A stretch of 64,000 nt of DNA from a bacterium (GTDB lineage: Bacteria > Electryoneota > Electryoneia > Electryoneales > Electryoneaceae): the NCBI GenBank assembly GCA_963675295.2, contig CAXXKJ010000002.1, positions 1,312,001 to 1,376,000 of the forward strand. Reading direction: 5' to 3'. Below the pieces are notes generated by a model, which was given only the letters and a program-made list of their open reading frames with translations, was not told where the DNA came from and made no database searches. Position numbers and translations under genes: made by a program. Of this stretch, positions 55,378 to 64,000 are shown one piece after another. The stretch's first letter is position 1; every line of letters begins with the position of its first letter.

Positions 55378-56343
55378 TCACTCAAATTCGAGCAGATAGA
55401 TGTTCTGGGACTGTTCGGTCAGCAACCGGGTTCCGCTCGGCGCGGCGGCGGGAACCTGTGTTCCACGGATCTCGCCTTCACGTCCCGTTTCCAGGTTGAT
55501 GTACTGAATGCCGCTCAGCGATTCGCCGTTGAGCAGATCGCAGTAGAAGTTGGTGCCGTCCGCGCTGACACTCGGACGTGTCCCGGCGGCAATAAAGACC
55601 GAATACGATTCACCGGCCACGTTGATCCGCAGCACCTGCGTCAACGTGTTCGCGGCCAGCTGACTGACGTACAGTTCATCCTCAGTCGGGTTCCAGCAGT
55701 AGTCGGCGCCGACGTCGGTGACCACCTGCACGACGTCCATTGTCGACAATGTCAGGATGTTCAGGTTGAAGCCGGACGGATGCGTGAGGAACGCGATCTT
55801 GGTTCCGTCACCGTTGACCACCGGCCAGCCACCGTTGACCAGCGGGTTGAACACGCCCGGGTCTGCAACATCGACCCAGCCGATCACGCCGCTGGCGTTT
55901 TCCATCACCACGGTGTCATCGTCAATGAAATCGGGCCGTTTCCCGCCCTGCATCAGCAGGATCGGGTCGCCCGGCGGGTCGCTGAGCTCGGCCACATACA
56001 CCCCGCCGTCGAGGGCGGGTGTGCTGAACGCGGTCCACGTGCCCGATGGCGACACGACGTAGTCATCGTTCTTCGCTTCGCCGTAGATCTCGGTCACATT
56101 CCCGTCGAGATCGCTGCGGAACAGGCCCGGTGTGCCGGAATCGTCCGCGTAGTTGAACAGGAAACTGTTGTCGTCGATCCAGACCGGGTAGTCGGCGTTT
56201 TCCACGATCAGCGTACGGTCCGCGTCAATGGAATCGTCCGGATTGTCGTCGCCTCCACCATCACCGCCGCAGCCGGTGAACAGGGCCAACGGCAGCAGCA
56301 GGGCAATGAGGCCCGCTCGGTGCAGCCAGTGCCTAGCGTTCAT
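55378..56343 (-). CDS. TolB-like beta-propeller lipoprotein
   Basis: Lipobox FTGC; SPSG/NGDG/SADG blade motifs. Confidence 0.7.
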   Translation of the reverse strand: MNARHWLHRAGLIALLLPLALFTGCGGDGGGDDNPDDSIDADRTLIVENADYPVWIDDNSFLFNYADDSGTPGLFRSDLDGNVTEIYGEAKNDDYVVSPSGTWTAFSTPALDGGVYVAELSDPPGDPILLMQGGKRPDFIDDDTVVMENASGVIGWVDVADPGVFNPLVNGGWPVVNGDGTKIAFLTHPSGFNLNILTLSTMDVVQVVTDVGADYCWNPTEDELYVSQLAANTLTQVLRINVAGESYSVFIAAGTRPSVSADGTNFYCDLLNGESLSGIQYINLETGREGEIRGTQVPAAAPSGTRLLTEQSQNIYLLEFE

Positions 56344-57679
56344 AGATGATCTCGTAAGTCAGGTTAACAGTCTGGCCGGCCGGGACGAGCACATCAAACG
56401 CCGCCGTCCGTGCATCGACCTTGATCATGTCAATCGCGGTGTTGTCCACATTCGCGCTGGGGATGTTCCAGTCGCCGAACACCCGTTCCAGCACGCGCAC
56501 GGTAACATCGTCATCGCCGGAGTTGCCGAGCTTGACCGAATAGGTTTGCGTGGTGTTGTCGCCTTCGCCACGGCCTTCGTGCATCCGAGTACGTTCCGCC
56601 GTAATGTCGAACACCTGGCCGACATTCAGGTCCACAGGCGATCCCGGCGGCGTGTCGTCAATCCGGTCCTCGCCGATGAAAAGCGACGTGCCTTGGAGGA
56701 TTTCGTAGACTCGAACGTCCCCATACGGCAACGCGGCCTGCGCGTCGAATTCGACATGCGCCGAAACGCGATCGTCGAAGATCGTCGCGTCGTACACGTA
56801 GCTGCGTTTCACCTCTGCGGCGTGTCCGGAGAGTAGCACGATCCGCGTGTTGTGATCCGCGAGCAGCTCGCCATCTTCCGCCTGCCAGCGTCGCACATCA
56901 CCGAACCGTGACTCTGTGCCACTCGCCATCGCGCCCGGCGCCGGGTTCATGCGGTCAACACGCCGGCGGTCGCCCGCCAGGTGAATGTGTCCGCCGATGA
57001 AGCTGATGGTGTCGTACGCCAGGTTCATCCCGGTTTCGTTGACCACGACGGCAGTCGAAATCATCCCGGCACGATTGCCCTCGAGCACGATCTTGTGTTC
57101 GCCGGTCCAGTACATGCCCTCGGTCAGGTACGTGAGACGGATGGTAACCTCACCACGTTTCTCGGCGGTGTAATCCCAGAGCAGGGACGGAGTTGTCGAG
57201 AGCTGCGGCGCGAAGTTCTCCAGCTTGTTGCCCTCGATGCGGTCTTTGTCGATCACGGTCAACGTCTCGGAATCGTCATCCTCCTGGACATACAGGTCGT
57301 CGTCCTGGTACATCCGCAGCAGCCCTTTGACCTTGTCGCCATCGTCGATCTTGAACTCGACCATCTCACCGACCTGCGCCTGCCAGTACTTGTCGATGTC
57401 GAAGTCGAGGGCGGTGAAGCCGATGCTGTGGGTCATCACCTCAGCGTCGCTGACCTCGATGCTGACGCTACCCTCGAGGATATCCTGCGCGATGCCGAAG
57501 AGGCGCACGGAGTTGCGTCCACGTTCAAGTTCGACGGTTCGCACTTCCTGGATTTCGCTGATGTCACGGGTGTAAACGACGATGTCTCGGGAAACGAGTT
57601 CGCTGTGCTGCGCGAAGGTGGTTACGCTGGGCAGCACCAACAGGGCAAGCAACAGAAACAAAACGACTCGGCGTGGCAT
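56333..57679 (-). CDS. DUF4139-like secreted protein
   Basis: Signal peptide, LTYLTEGMYW, VVNETG, LPYGDVRVY, FIGEDRIDDTP. Confidence 0.75.
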   Translation of the reverse strand: MPRRVVLFLLLALLVLPSVTTFAQHSELVSRDIVVYTRDISEIQEVRTVELERGRNSVRLFGIAQDILEGSVSIEVSDAEVMTHSIGFTALDFDIDKYWQAQVGEMVEFKIDDGDKVKGLLRMYQDDDLYVQEDDDSETLTVIDKDRIEGNKLENFAPQLSTTPSLLWDYTAEKRGEVTIRLTYLTEGMYWTGEHKIVLEGNRAGMISTAVVVNETGMNLAYDTISFIGGHIHLAGDRRRVDRMNPAPGAMASGTESRFGDVRRWQAEDGELLADHNTRIVLLSGHAAEVKRSYVYDATIFDDRVSAHVEFDAQAALPYGDVRVYEILQGTSLFIGEDRIDDTPPGSPVDLNVGQVFDITAERTRMHEGRGEGDNTTQTYSVKLGNSGDDDVTVRVLERVFGDWNIPSANVDNTAIDMIKVDARTAAFDVLVPAGQTVNLTYEIIYER

Positions 57680-57905
57680 GATCTGGTTCTCCTCGGAATT
57701 CCGTCCTTCCACGACAACGGATTCGTGTTTTGTACAATACAGCTAAGGTAAACGTTCCTGCCGCGAGATGCGACCTCTGAAGCAGGGTACTGCTTTTGCT
57801 GTGACCACACTGAAAATACTGGAAACACAGGGGACACTTACTCCGTTAAATTTGCACTGTGTGTACCTGAATCGAATCATCTATGGGAGATACAAATTCA
57901 GCATC

Positions 57906-57935
57906 CGGGGACACTTTGGGGACAAAGTGTCCCCG
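57906..57935. repeat. CGGGGACA palindrome
   Basis: CGGGGACACTTTG-ggga-CAAAGTGTCCCCG. Confidence 0.7.
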
Positions 57936-57994
57936 TCTCAGGCGAAAGCCTGCCGTGATCGAACTTCCTGAGCCTCAAGCCCGGGGCCCGCTTT

Positions 57995-58525
57995 TCAACC
58001 CTGCGCCGCGTCGATTTGATCCCGCACCCGCCGTCGCAGGTCGGAGATCGTGTCCTGCGCCTGCGCGAGGTCTTCGTCCAGCGAGAGCAGGTCAGTCAGG
58101 TTGCGTGCGACGACCACTGCCGCGACAACCCGTCGTGTCTCATCCTCGACCGGTGCCGCTTTCGCTGTCAGCCATAGCGCCGGTCCGGCAAATTGCGGGA
58201 TGGTCCAGTCGAACGTAATCTCCGAGTTGGATGAGATCGCCTCCGCAGCCCGGCGTCCAATCTCACGCGCGCGATCATCGTGGAACGCTTCGTCCACCGG
58301 GTAGCCGACCACCGCGTCCGCACTCAACCCGAGCAGCTTCAGCCCCTGGCGATTCATTTCAACCAGCCTGCCGTCCCGCTCGATCACCGCGACGATATCG
58401 TTAGCGGTGTTCAGGATGGACCGGTAGCGGGCACGGATCGCTTTCAGCCGTGAATCGCTGTCGCGCAGTTTGCTGACTTCTTTTTTCAGGTGCTGGTAAT
58501 CCTCCCAGAATTCCTGGGTGTCCAT
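57995..58525 (-). CDS. Stand-alone PAS-domain protein with flanking coiled coils
   Basis: RYRSILNTANDIVAVIERDGRLVEMN...LLG, VARNLT; no output domain. Confidence 0.75.
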   Translation of the reverse strand: MDTQEFWEDYQHLKKEVSKLRDSDSRLKAIRARYRSILNTANDIVAVIERDGRLVEMNRQGLKLLGLSADAVVGYPVDEAFHDDRAREIGRRAAEAISSNSEITFDWTIPQFAGPALWLTAKAAPVEDETRRVVAAVVVARNLTDLLSLDEDLAQAQDTISDLRRRVRDQIDAAQG

Positions 58526-58751
58526 CGTGCCTCCGAGGTGTCGTGAGCCGTGACCTTAAGTGTACGCTCTCGGTCCGGAATGATGCTCCCGTCCGCACAC
58601 CGCGAATCCGCGCCACGAGAACTCAACTTCACGTCCCGGCTACGACGAACCCCATCACTCCGTTCGCGCTGTCTGCAACGAGTTCCCTTGTCCGCACTCG
58701 ACCGGTTCTTTATCTTGTTTCGACCCCAAACTTCTTTTTGACGGAGTTCGC

Positions 58752-59354
58752 ATGTCGTCCCCGGCCGGCTATTTCGCGGAAAGCCTGCGGTTGTACAACC
58801 AGCTCGACCGCATCGCGACCCTGTTGCGCAGCGAATTACGCGACACGGCCAGCCGTCACCAGCTCACTCTCGCGCAGTTGCAGGCACTGCATTACCTGCT
58901 GGAATGCAACCGTTTCAGCGATACTCCATTGGCGTTGGCGGAATTCCAGGGTACGACCAAGGGCACGATGAGTGCGACGGTCTCCGTGCTCGAAGAAAAG
59001 GGCATGATCGAGAAGGTCGGGGACAAGCGCGATGGCCGCGTGGTGCACTGCCGCCTCACCGAAACCGGCCGCGCGCTGGCAATCCAGTCTTTCCCGCCGA
59101 TCTCGTTGCAGCGGTTGATGATCCAACGCGTCGATACATCCGCCCTGCGCCAGGAGCTGGACAAGTTCACCGATCGTCTGCAACAGAAAACCCGCCTCCG
59201 CAGCTTCGGCACCTGTACTACCTGCTGTTTCTTCCAGCCCGGTACTTCCGCACAGCCATCCCGATGTTCAGTGTTCGATACCGATCTGACTGATGAAGAT
59301 CAAACCGGCATCTGCCGGGAACATTCGCCGCGTCCGGTGGAAAAACAGCGTTGA
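58752..59354 (+). CDS. MarR-family regulator with C-terminal Cys cluster
   Basis: TKGTMSATVSVLEEKGMI, DKRDGR, LTETG; CTTCC...RC...ICREH. Confidence 0.85.
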   Translation: MSSPAGYFAESLRLYNQLDRIATLLRSELRDTASRHQLTLAQLQALHYLLECNRFSDTPLALAEFQGTTKGTMSATVSVLEEKGMIEKVGDKRDGRVVHCRLTETGRALAIQSFPPISLQRLMIQRVDTSALRQELDKFTDRLQQKTRLRSFGTCTTCCFFQPGTSAQPSRCSVFDTDLTDEDQTGICREHSPRPVEKQR

Positions 59355-59505
59355 CCTCGTCGCGAACCCGACAAATCACCACAAGTTGTACAGTTTACTT
59401 ATATAATAGATATGATCGATCAGTAATATAATTATGGCACGAGATTTGTGGTAGGTAGGGCAGGTGATTCAATCTGAAACGTCACGCTGCATCAGGGAGG
59501 TACAG

Positions 59506-60117
59506 ATGGCCTCGAACGAAACAGCAGGAACTACGTACCAGTATCGGGTTTCCCGGAACGGTCAGATTGAATCGGTCAGTGATAATTGGGATGCATTTGC
59601 CCTGGGCAATGGTGGTGAGCACTGTATGTCCGACGCTGTCCTCGGCACCAGCCTGTGGTTGCACCTGTCCGGGGAACTTATTCGCGACCTGTATCGCCGG
59701 CTGGTGGACAAGGTGCTGCAAACGGGTGACCCCATCGAAATCCCCCTGCACTGTGATTCACCGGATCGCGTCCGTCACCTGACCCTGACCCTGCAACGTC
59801 TGTCTGAGGACGAAGTCGAGTTCACCAGCAAGGTGGAAAAGATTGTGAAACGAGATACGTTGTCATTGTTGTTTGGGGACATGTCGCGTGATCCGGATTG
59901 TTGGGTCACGATGTGCAGCTACTGCAAGGATATACAGGTTTCGGACGAAGAGTGGCAACCAACTGAACAGGCGGTGAAAACGTTGCAGCTGTTCGAACGT
60001 GACGCGCTGCCGCAGTTGACGCACGGTGTTTGCCCGGATTGCTATGACGAGGTGATGTCCGAATTGGATGATGATGACGCCGGTTCGTCCGGCAGCGAAA
60101 GCGGTTCGGACTCGTGA
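59506..60117 (+). CDS. PAS-like domain protein with C-terminal CxxC...HGxCxxC motif
   Basis: SD GGAGG; WDAFA..NG, CDSP, MCSYCK, THGVCPDC. Confidence 0.7.
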   Translation: MASNETAGTTYQYRVSRNGQIESVSDNWDAFALGNGGEHCMSDAVLGTSLWLHLSGELIRDLYRRLVDKVLQTGDPIEIPLHCDSPDRVRHLTLTLQRLSEDEVEFTSKVEKIVKRDTLSLLFGDMSRDPDCWVTMCSYCKDIQVSDEEWQPTEQAVKTLQLFERDALPQLTHGVCPDCYDEVMSELDDDDAGSSGSESGSDS

Positions 60118-60320
60118 TTTTCCGTGACTGAGATGAAGCTGTCCTGAAATCCCGCACAGCATCCTTTCTGTAATGCCAGTATCCTGTTCGTTTTTGTCCC
60201 CTGCCTCCTGCTCGAATCCATTTCATTGAGATCGTGTTCCCGTCCGAGTTGCATTATCGGCTCCCGGTTTGTATCCTCTTGCAGACAAGTTTGTCAGGCA
60301 AACAGGTTTGGGGGATCACG

Positions 60321-60980
60321 ATGGTCGGCAGTGTCAACGTAACTGCGGCGCGGCGCAAGGCGTTAGTCGCGCACATGTCGGACGGCATCTTCGAGTTGTA
60401 CATCGGGTGCATGCTCACCTGCATCGGCATCTTCGAGGTGCTGCAGCATCTGGGCTACGGAAATGGTTTTAACGCGGTGACAGCTCCGGTATACGTCATC
60501 TTTCCACTGTTCATGGTGTTCATCTTCAAGCGGACCGTCACCCGCAAACGTATCGGCTATGTCGATTTCAAGCATTCGCGTCACAAGGTCAACATGTTGC
60601 ACCTGGGATTGGTCTGGGTGATCGCGTTGGTGCTGTTCGCGCTGGTGGTGTTGCTGCAGAATACGGTCGGGGCGGACCCGGCCGCAGAAGGCTTGAAGGA
60701 TGCGATCAAACCGTTCCTCGGCCTGTACCTGGCGATTTGGATCGGGGTGGTGATCAGTACGATGGCGGTCATGGGTGAGGCACACAAGTGGCACATCGGG
60801 TCGATCTTTTTCCTCGTCGTGTATGCCTTACTCTACTTGCTCAAGGTCCACATCAGCTACGGATTTCTGATTTGTGGCGGAGCGTTGCTGGTTTACGGTG
60901 CCATTCAGTTGACACGGTTCCTGCGTGACAACCCGGTGTTGCCTCCGGACGAGTACGAAGGACCGGCGCACGATGCCTGA
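60321..60980 (+). CDS. Multi-pass membrane protein
   Basis: About six TM helices, RIGYV motif, C-terminal RFLRDNP; overlaps the downstream wHTH gene. Confidence 0.7.
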   Translation: MVGSVNVTAARRKALVAHMSDGIFELYIGCMLTCIGIFEVLQHLGYGNGFNAVTAPVYVIFPLFMVFIFKRTVTRKRIGYVDFKHSRHKVNMLHLGLVWVIALVLFALVVLLQNTVGADPAAEGLKDAIKPFLGLYLAIWIGVVISTMAVMGEAHKWHIGSIFFLVVYALLYLLKVHISYGFLICGGALLVYGAIQLTRFLRDNPVLPPDEYEGPAHDA

Positions 60981-61332
60981 ACGCAACGCACACCGTGACG
61001 GGCCTCAGCAAAGCAGCGCAGCAGACCCGAAAGCGCACTCGTCCAAGGCGGACATTGAGTTGGATGAGATCGTACATGCTCCAGCGCGGCTGCTGATCAT
61101 GGCGACGCTGTCCGTGGTCAATTCGGCCGATTTCAACTTCCTGCTGAAGCAGACCGAGCTTACCCGGGGCAACCTCTCCTCGCACCTCAGTCGTCTGGAA
61201 CAGGCGAGGTATGTTGAGATCAAGAAAGAGTTTGTCGATAAGATTCCCCGCACCTTGATCCGTTTGTCAGACAAGGGTTTCGCCGCCTTCGAGACGTACC
61301 GCAAGAACATGTCGCAGATGCTCGGAAAATGA
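60973..61332 (+). CDS. Winged-helix transcriptional regulator (ArsR/MarR-like)
   Basis: VHAPARLLIM, LTRGNLSSHLSRLE, K.F.DKIPRT. Confidence 0.85.
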   Translation: MPERNAHRDGPQQSSAADPKAHSSKADIELDEIVHAPARLLIMATLSVVNSADFNFLLKQTELTRGNLSSHLSRLEQARYVEIKKEFVDKIPRTLIRLSDKGFAAFETYRKNMSQMLGK

Positions 61333-61523
61333 GGGAATCCACCTCCCAGATAACCTCAGCGCCGTTTCTTTCGTCCCATGTATATGCCCACGTCATTCAT
61401 GTCGTGGCTGGTCCGGCCGCCGCAGTCTGGTTGCCTTTTTGTCTGACAGGGAGTACGTTTCACCGGGGGAGACGCACGCCAACCCACCCGGCGTGCGCGT
61501 GACATCACGGACAGGACGATCCG

Positions 61524-64000
61524 ATGAAGAACAAGCTGATCATTGGTTTCATCTGGGTTCTCATCGCTTACATGATCGGTGACTGGGCGTATAATGTGTA
61601 CGGTCCGATGCGTCTGCTGAGCGAGTTTTCCGGCATCAGCAATCTCCAGACAGACGTTGTCCTCGATCCCACCAGCCAGGCCTATCTCTTCACCGAGGTG
61701 GATGCCGAGGAGTTCAGCGGACGCCTTACTCCGGCGGTCAACGACACCCTGATCGCCTTGGGTGACAAAACCCTCAGCGATTCCCTCGTCACCAACATCT
61801 TCTCCGGCATACACGCCGCCGGCGACACGTTAACCGTCACCATCGGCAGCGAGCTCGGCCGGTACGACAGCCTGGTCACGTATCCGAAGCGGTCGCTCAG
61901 CCTCACCATGTTCATCCTGCTGTTCCAGGCGTTGTTCCCGTTGCCGTTCTTCTTCGTCGCGATCTGGGCGATGTCGAAACGGGCGATGAACGCCGGGGTG
62001 CGTGTGCTGGCATTGCTGCTGCTGTCGTTGTCGGTCATCTTCATCATCAGCATCCAGAGCACCGCCGCCGGCATCCGTATGGCACTGATGGGCGAGACGG
62101 AGATGACGCTCTCCTCCTTCCACCTGATGTGGTACAACATGCCGGCGTTTATCCTCGCGGCGATGAACACCGGCTTCTGGTTCCACTTGGCGTTTCTCTT
62201 CCCTTCGCCCGCACCCTTCCTGCGCAAGCACGCCTGGGCGATTTACCTGTTCGCGTATGCCACCAACCTCGTCTTCGTCATCCTGATGATCCAGAACCCG
62301 ATGATGACAGTCGAAGACGCTGTTTCCCCGATCCAGATCGGATCGTCCATCTTCGGTATCGTGCAGATCCTGTTCGGGCTCGGGGTGTTCATCTATCGTG
62401 GTATCAAGACCAAGTCGCCACTCGAGAAACGCCAGATCAAGGTGCTGCTGCAGAGTGTCGGGCTGGGGCTGGTGCTGATGTTCGTCTCCGCGATGGCGAT
62501 GCTGCTGTTCGTCTCGAAAGGTGGGATGAATGTCGCCGGGATCATGGTTGCGTATGTCGGCCTGATCGCCGGCCTGATGATGATCCCGCTCGGCTTCGCG
62601 TACGCTTTCAGCAAGTACCGTCTGCTCGAAGTCGAAGGCAAACTCAAGCGCGGAATGGTCTACCTGCTGACCTCCGGCGGCCTCTTGCTGCTGGTGCTGC
62701 TGATCTTCTACGTCGCGACCAGCCTCGTCATCAACAAATACGGCTGGGAGAACAAATCGGCCATCGTCTTCTTCACGCTCGTGCTGGTGATGGCGTACGT
62801 GCCGGTGCACAACATCCTCCAGAAACGCATCGAACGCCGCATCTTCCGCACCCGTTGGAAACTGCGCGAGATGCTGGAAAACTTCCTCGAGATCACGTCG
62901 TCCCTGCCCGACCGCACTCGCCTGTGGGAGGAGTTCGGCAAACGCCTGCAGGACAACATCGGCGTGCGTACGATGCACATCTTCCTGTTGGATCCGTCCG
63001 AACGCCGTTTCCACCGCCTCAACGGCGACGCCGTCGCGCTGCCCGAGGATGGCGCGCTGCAGGTCGAATTGAGCAAACAGGTCCGCGCGTTGATGGTCGA
63101 AGAGATCGAGGGCAGCAACGAGATCGTCATCTCGACGCCGGAACGCGAATGGCTGGACGAGCTCGGCGCGACGGTCCTCGTCCCGATCCAGATCCACAAG
63201 GAGCTCGTCGGCATCATGGCGCTCGAGTTCGAGTACGGTTACGACGAAATCAAGGCCGGCGAACTGGACATCCTCGTCAGCATCACCACCCGTGTCGCAT
63301 TGGAGAACGAGAACCTCCGGCTGCACGAGGACAACGTCGAAAAGCAACGCCTCGAGGAACAGCTCGCCACCGCCCGCCAGGTGCAGCAACAGTTCCTGCC
63401 GGAATCGTTGCCCACGACACCCGGCCTGCAGATCGCAGCGCACTGCCAGTTCTGCCTCGAGGTCGCGGGGGACACGTTCGACGTCATCCCGCTCAAGGAC
63501 GACAAGACCCTGTTCGCGGTCGGGGACGTCTCCGGCAAGGGCGCGGGCGCGGCGATGATCATGGCGAACGTACAGGCGTCCGTGCGCGCGATGGCCGACA
63601 CCGGGCTGGCGTTGTCGACGATGATCGAGCGTGTCAACACCCTGATCGCCCACAGCACCTCGCCCGAACAGTTCATCACCTACTTCGCGGCGATTTACGA
63701 CCCGCACGCGCACACATTAACCTGCGTCAACGCCGGTCACAACCCGCCACGCATCGTGCGCACAAACGGCGACGTCGTCGAGCTGACCGAGGGCGGGCTG
63801 ATCCTCGGCATCATGGCCGACATGCCGTACGCGCAGCAGGAACTGGCGTTCGAGGACGGGGATGTGCTGGTCGCGTTCACCGACGGCATCAGCGAGGCGA
63901 ACGATCCCAATGAGGAGATGTACGGCGAGGAACGGATCGTCGAGGTCGTGCAGGAGCACCGCGCCAGTGATCCCGAATCCATCTACACTGCCCTGATCCA
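61524..64000 (+). CDS. Membrane sensor + GAF-like + SpoIIE/RsbU PP2C phosphatase; runs off the window
   Basis: Not in the ORF track. Manual translation MKNKLIIGF..., ARQVQQQFLP, EVAGDTFD, VGDVSGKG, NAGHNPP, FTDGISEA. Confidence 0.9.
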   Translation, partial: MKNKLIIGFIWVLIAYMIGDWAYNVYGPMRLLSEFSGISNLQTDVVLDPTSQAYLFTEVDAEEFSGRLTPAVNDTLIALGDKTLSDSLVTNIFSGIHAAGDTLTVTIGSELGRYDSLVTYPKRSLSLTMFILLFQALFPLPFFFVAIWAMSKRAMNAGVRVLALLLLSLSVIFIISIQSTAAGIRMALMGETEMTLSSFHLMWYNMPAFILAAMNTGFWFHLAFLFPSPAPFLRKHAWAIYLFAYATNLVFVILMIQNPMMTVEDAVSPIQIGSSIFGIVQILFGLGVFIYRGIKTKSPLEKRQIKVLLQSVGLGLVLMFVSAMAMLLFVSKGGMNVAGIMVAYVGLIAGLMMIPLGFAYAFSKYRLLEVEGKLKRGMVYLLTSGGLLLLVLLIFYVATSLVINKYGWENKSAIVFFTLVLVMAYVPVHNILQKRIERRIFRTRWKLREMLENFLEITSSLPDRTRLWEEFGKRLQDNIGVRTMHIFLLDPSERRFHRLNGDAVALPEDGALQVELSKQVRALMVEEIEGSNEIVISTPEREWLDELGATVLVPIQIHKELVGIMALEFEYGYDEIKAGELDILVSITTRVALENENLRLHEDNVEKQRLEEQLATARQVQQQFLPESLPTTPGLQIAAHCQFCLEVAGDTFDVIPLKDDKTLFAVGDVSGKGAGAAMIMANVQASVRAMADTGLALSTMIERVNTLIAHSTSPEQFITYFAAIYDPHAHTLTCVNAGHNPPRIVRTNGDVVELTEGGLILGIMADMPYAQQELAFEDGDVLVAFTDGISEANDPNEEMYGEERIVEVVQEHRASDPESIYTALI

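Noticed and set aside
61830-63913. 627-aa minus and 594-aa plus ORFs
   Set aside because: Alternative frames of the SpoIIE-type gene, which starts at 61524 and lacks a stop within the window

Overview
A GC-rich (roughly 60% by eye) bacterial chromosomal window with no rRNA, tRNA, CRISPR array, integrase or transposase that I can recognise. Housekeeping genes (sucCD, clpC, lolD/lolE, trpF-like, nucleotide-sugar epimerases) are interleaved with many secreted proteins. Seven of these end in a type IX (Por)-type C-terminal sorting domain, and a PorX-like regulator sits at the left edge, which suggests an FCB-group lineage (inference). Other modules are a BlaI/BlaR1 pair, an MNT-HEPN toxin-antitoxin pair, a GH108 muramidase, a Cys-rich MerR with a DsrM/DsrK-like pair, a tricorn protease with an OPT transporter, and a SpoIIE-type phosphatase running off the right edge. 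The most unusual signals are: (1) an ordered, strand-polarised set of 7-, 9- and 10-nt tandem repeats between stop codons and terminator hairpins; (2) a recurring ~105-aa Ig-like domain just before, or in place of, the sorting domain, together with signs of passenger shuffling (homogenised 3' ends, AT-rich grafts); (3) a predicted active/catalytically dead hydrolase pair; (4) a HEPN toxin whose expected ATG is ACG. All product calls come from motif recognition by eye, not from database searches.
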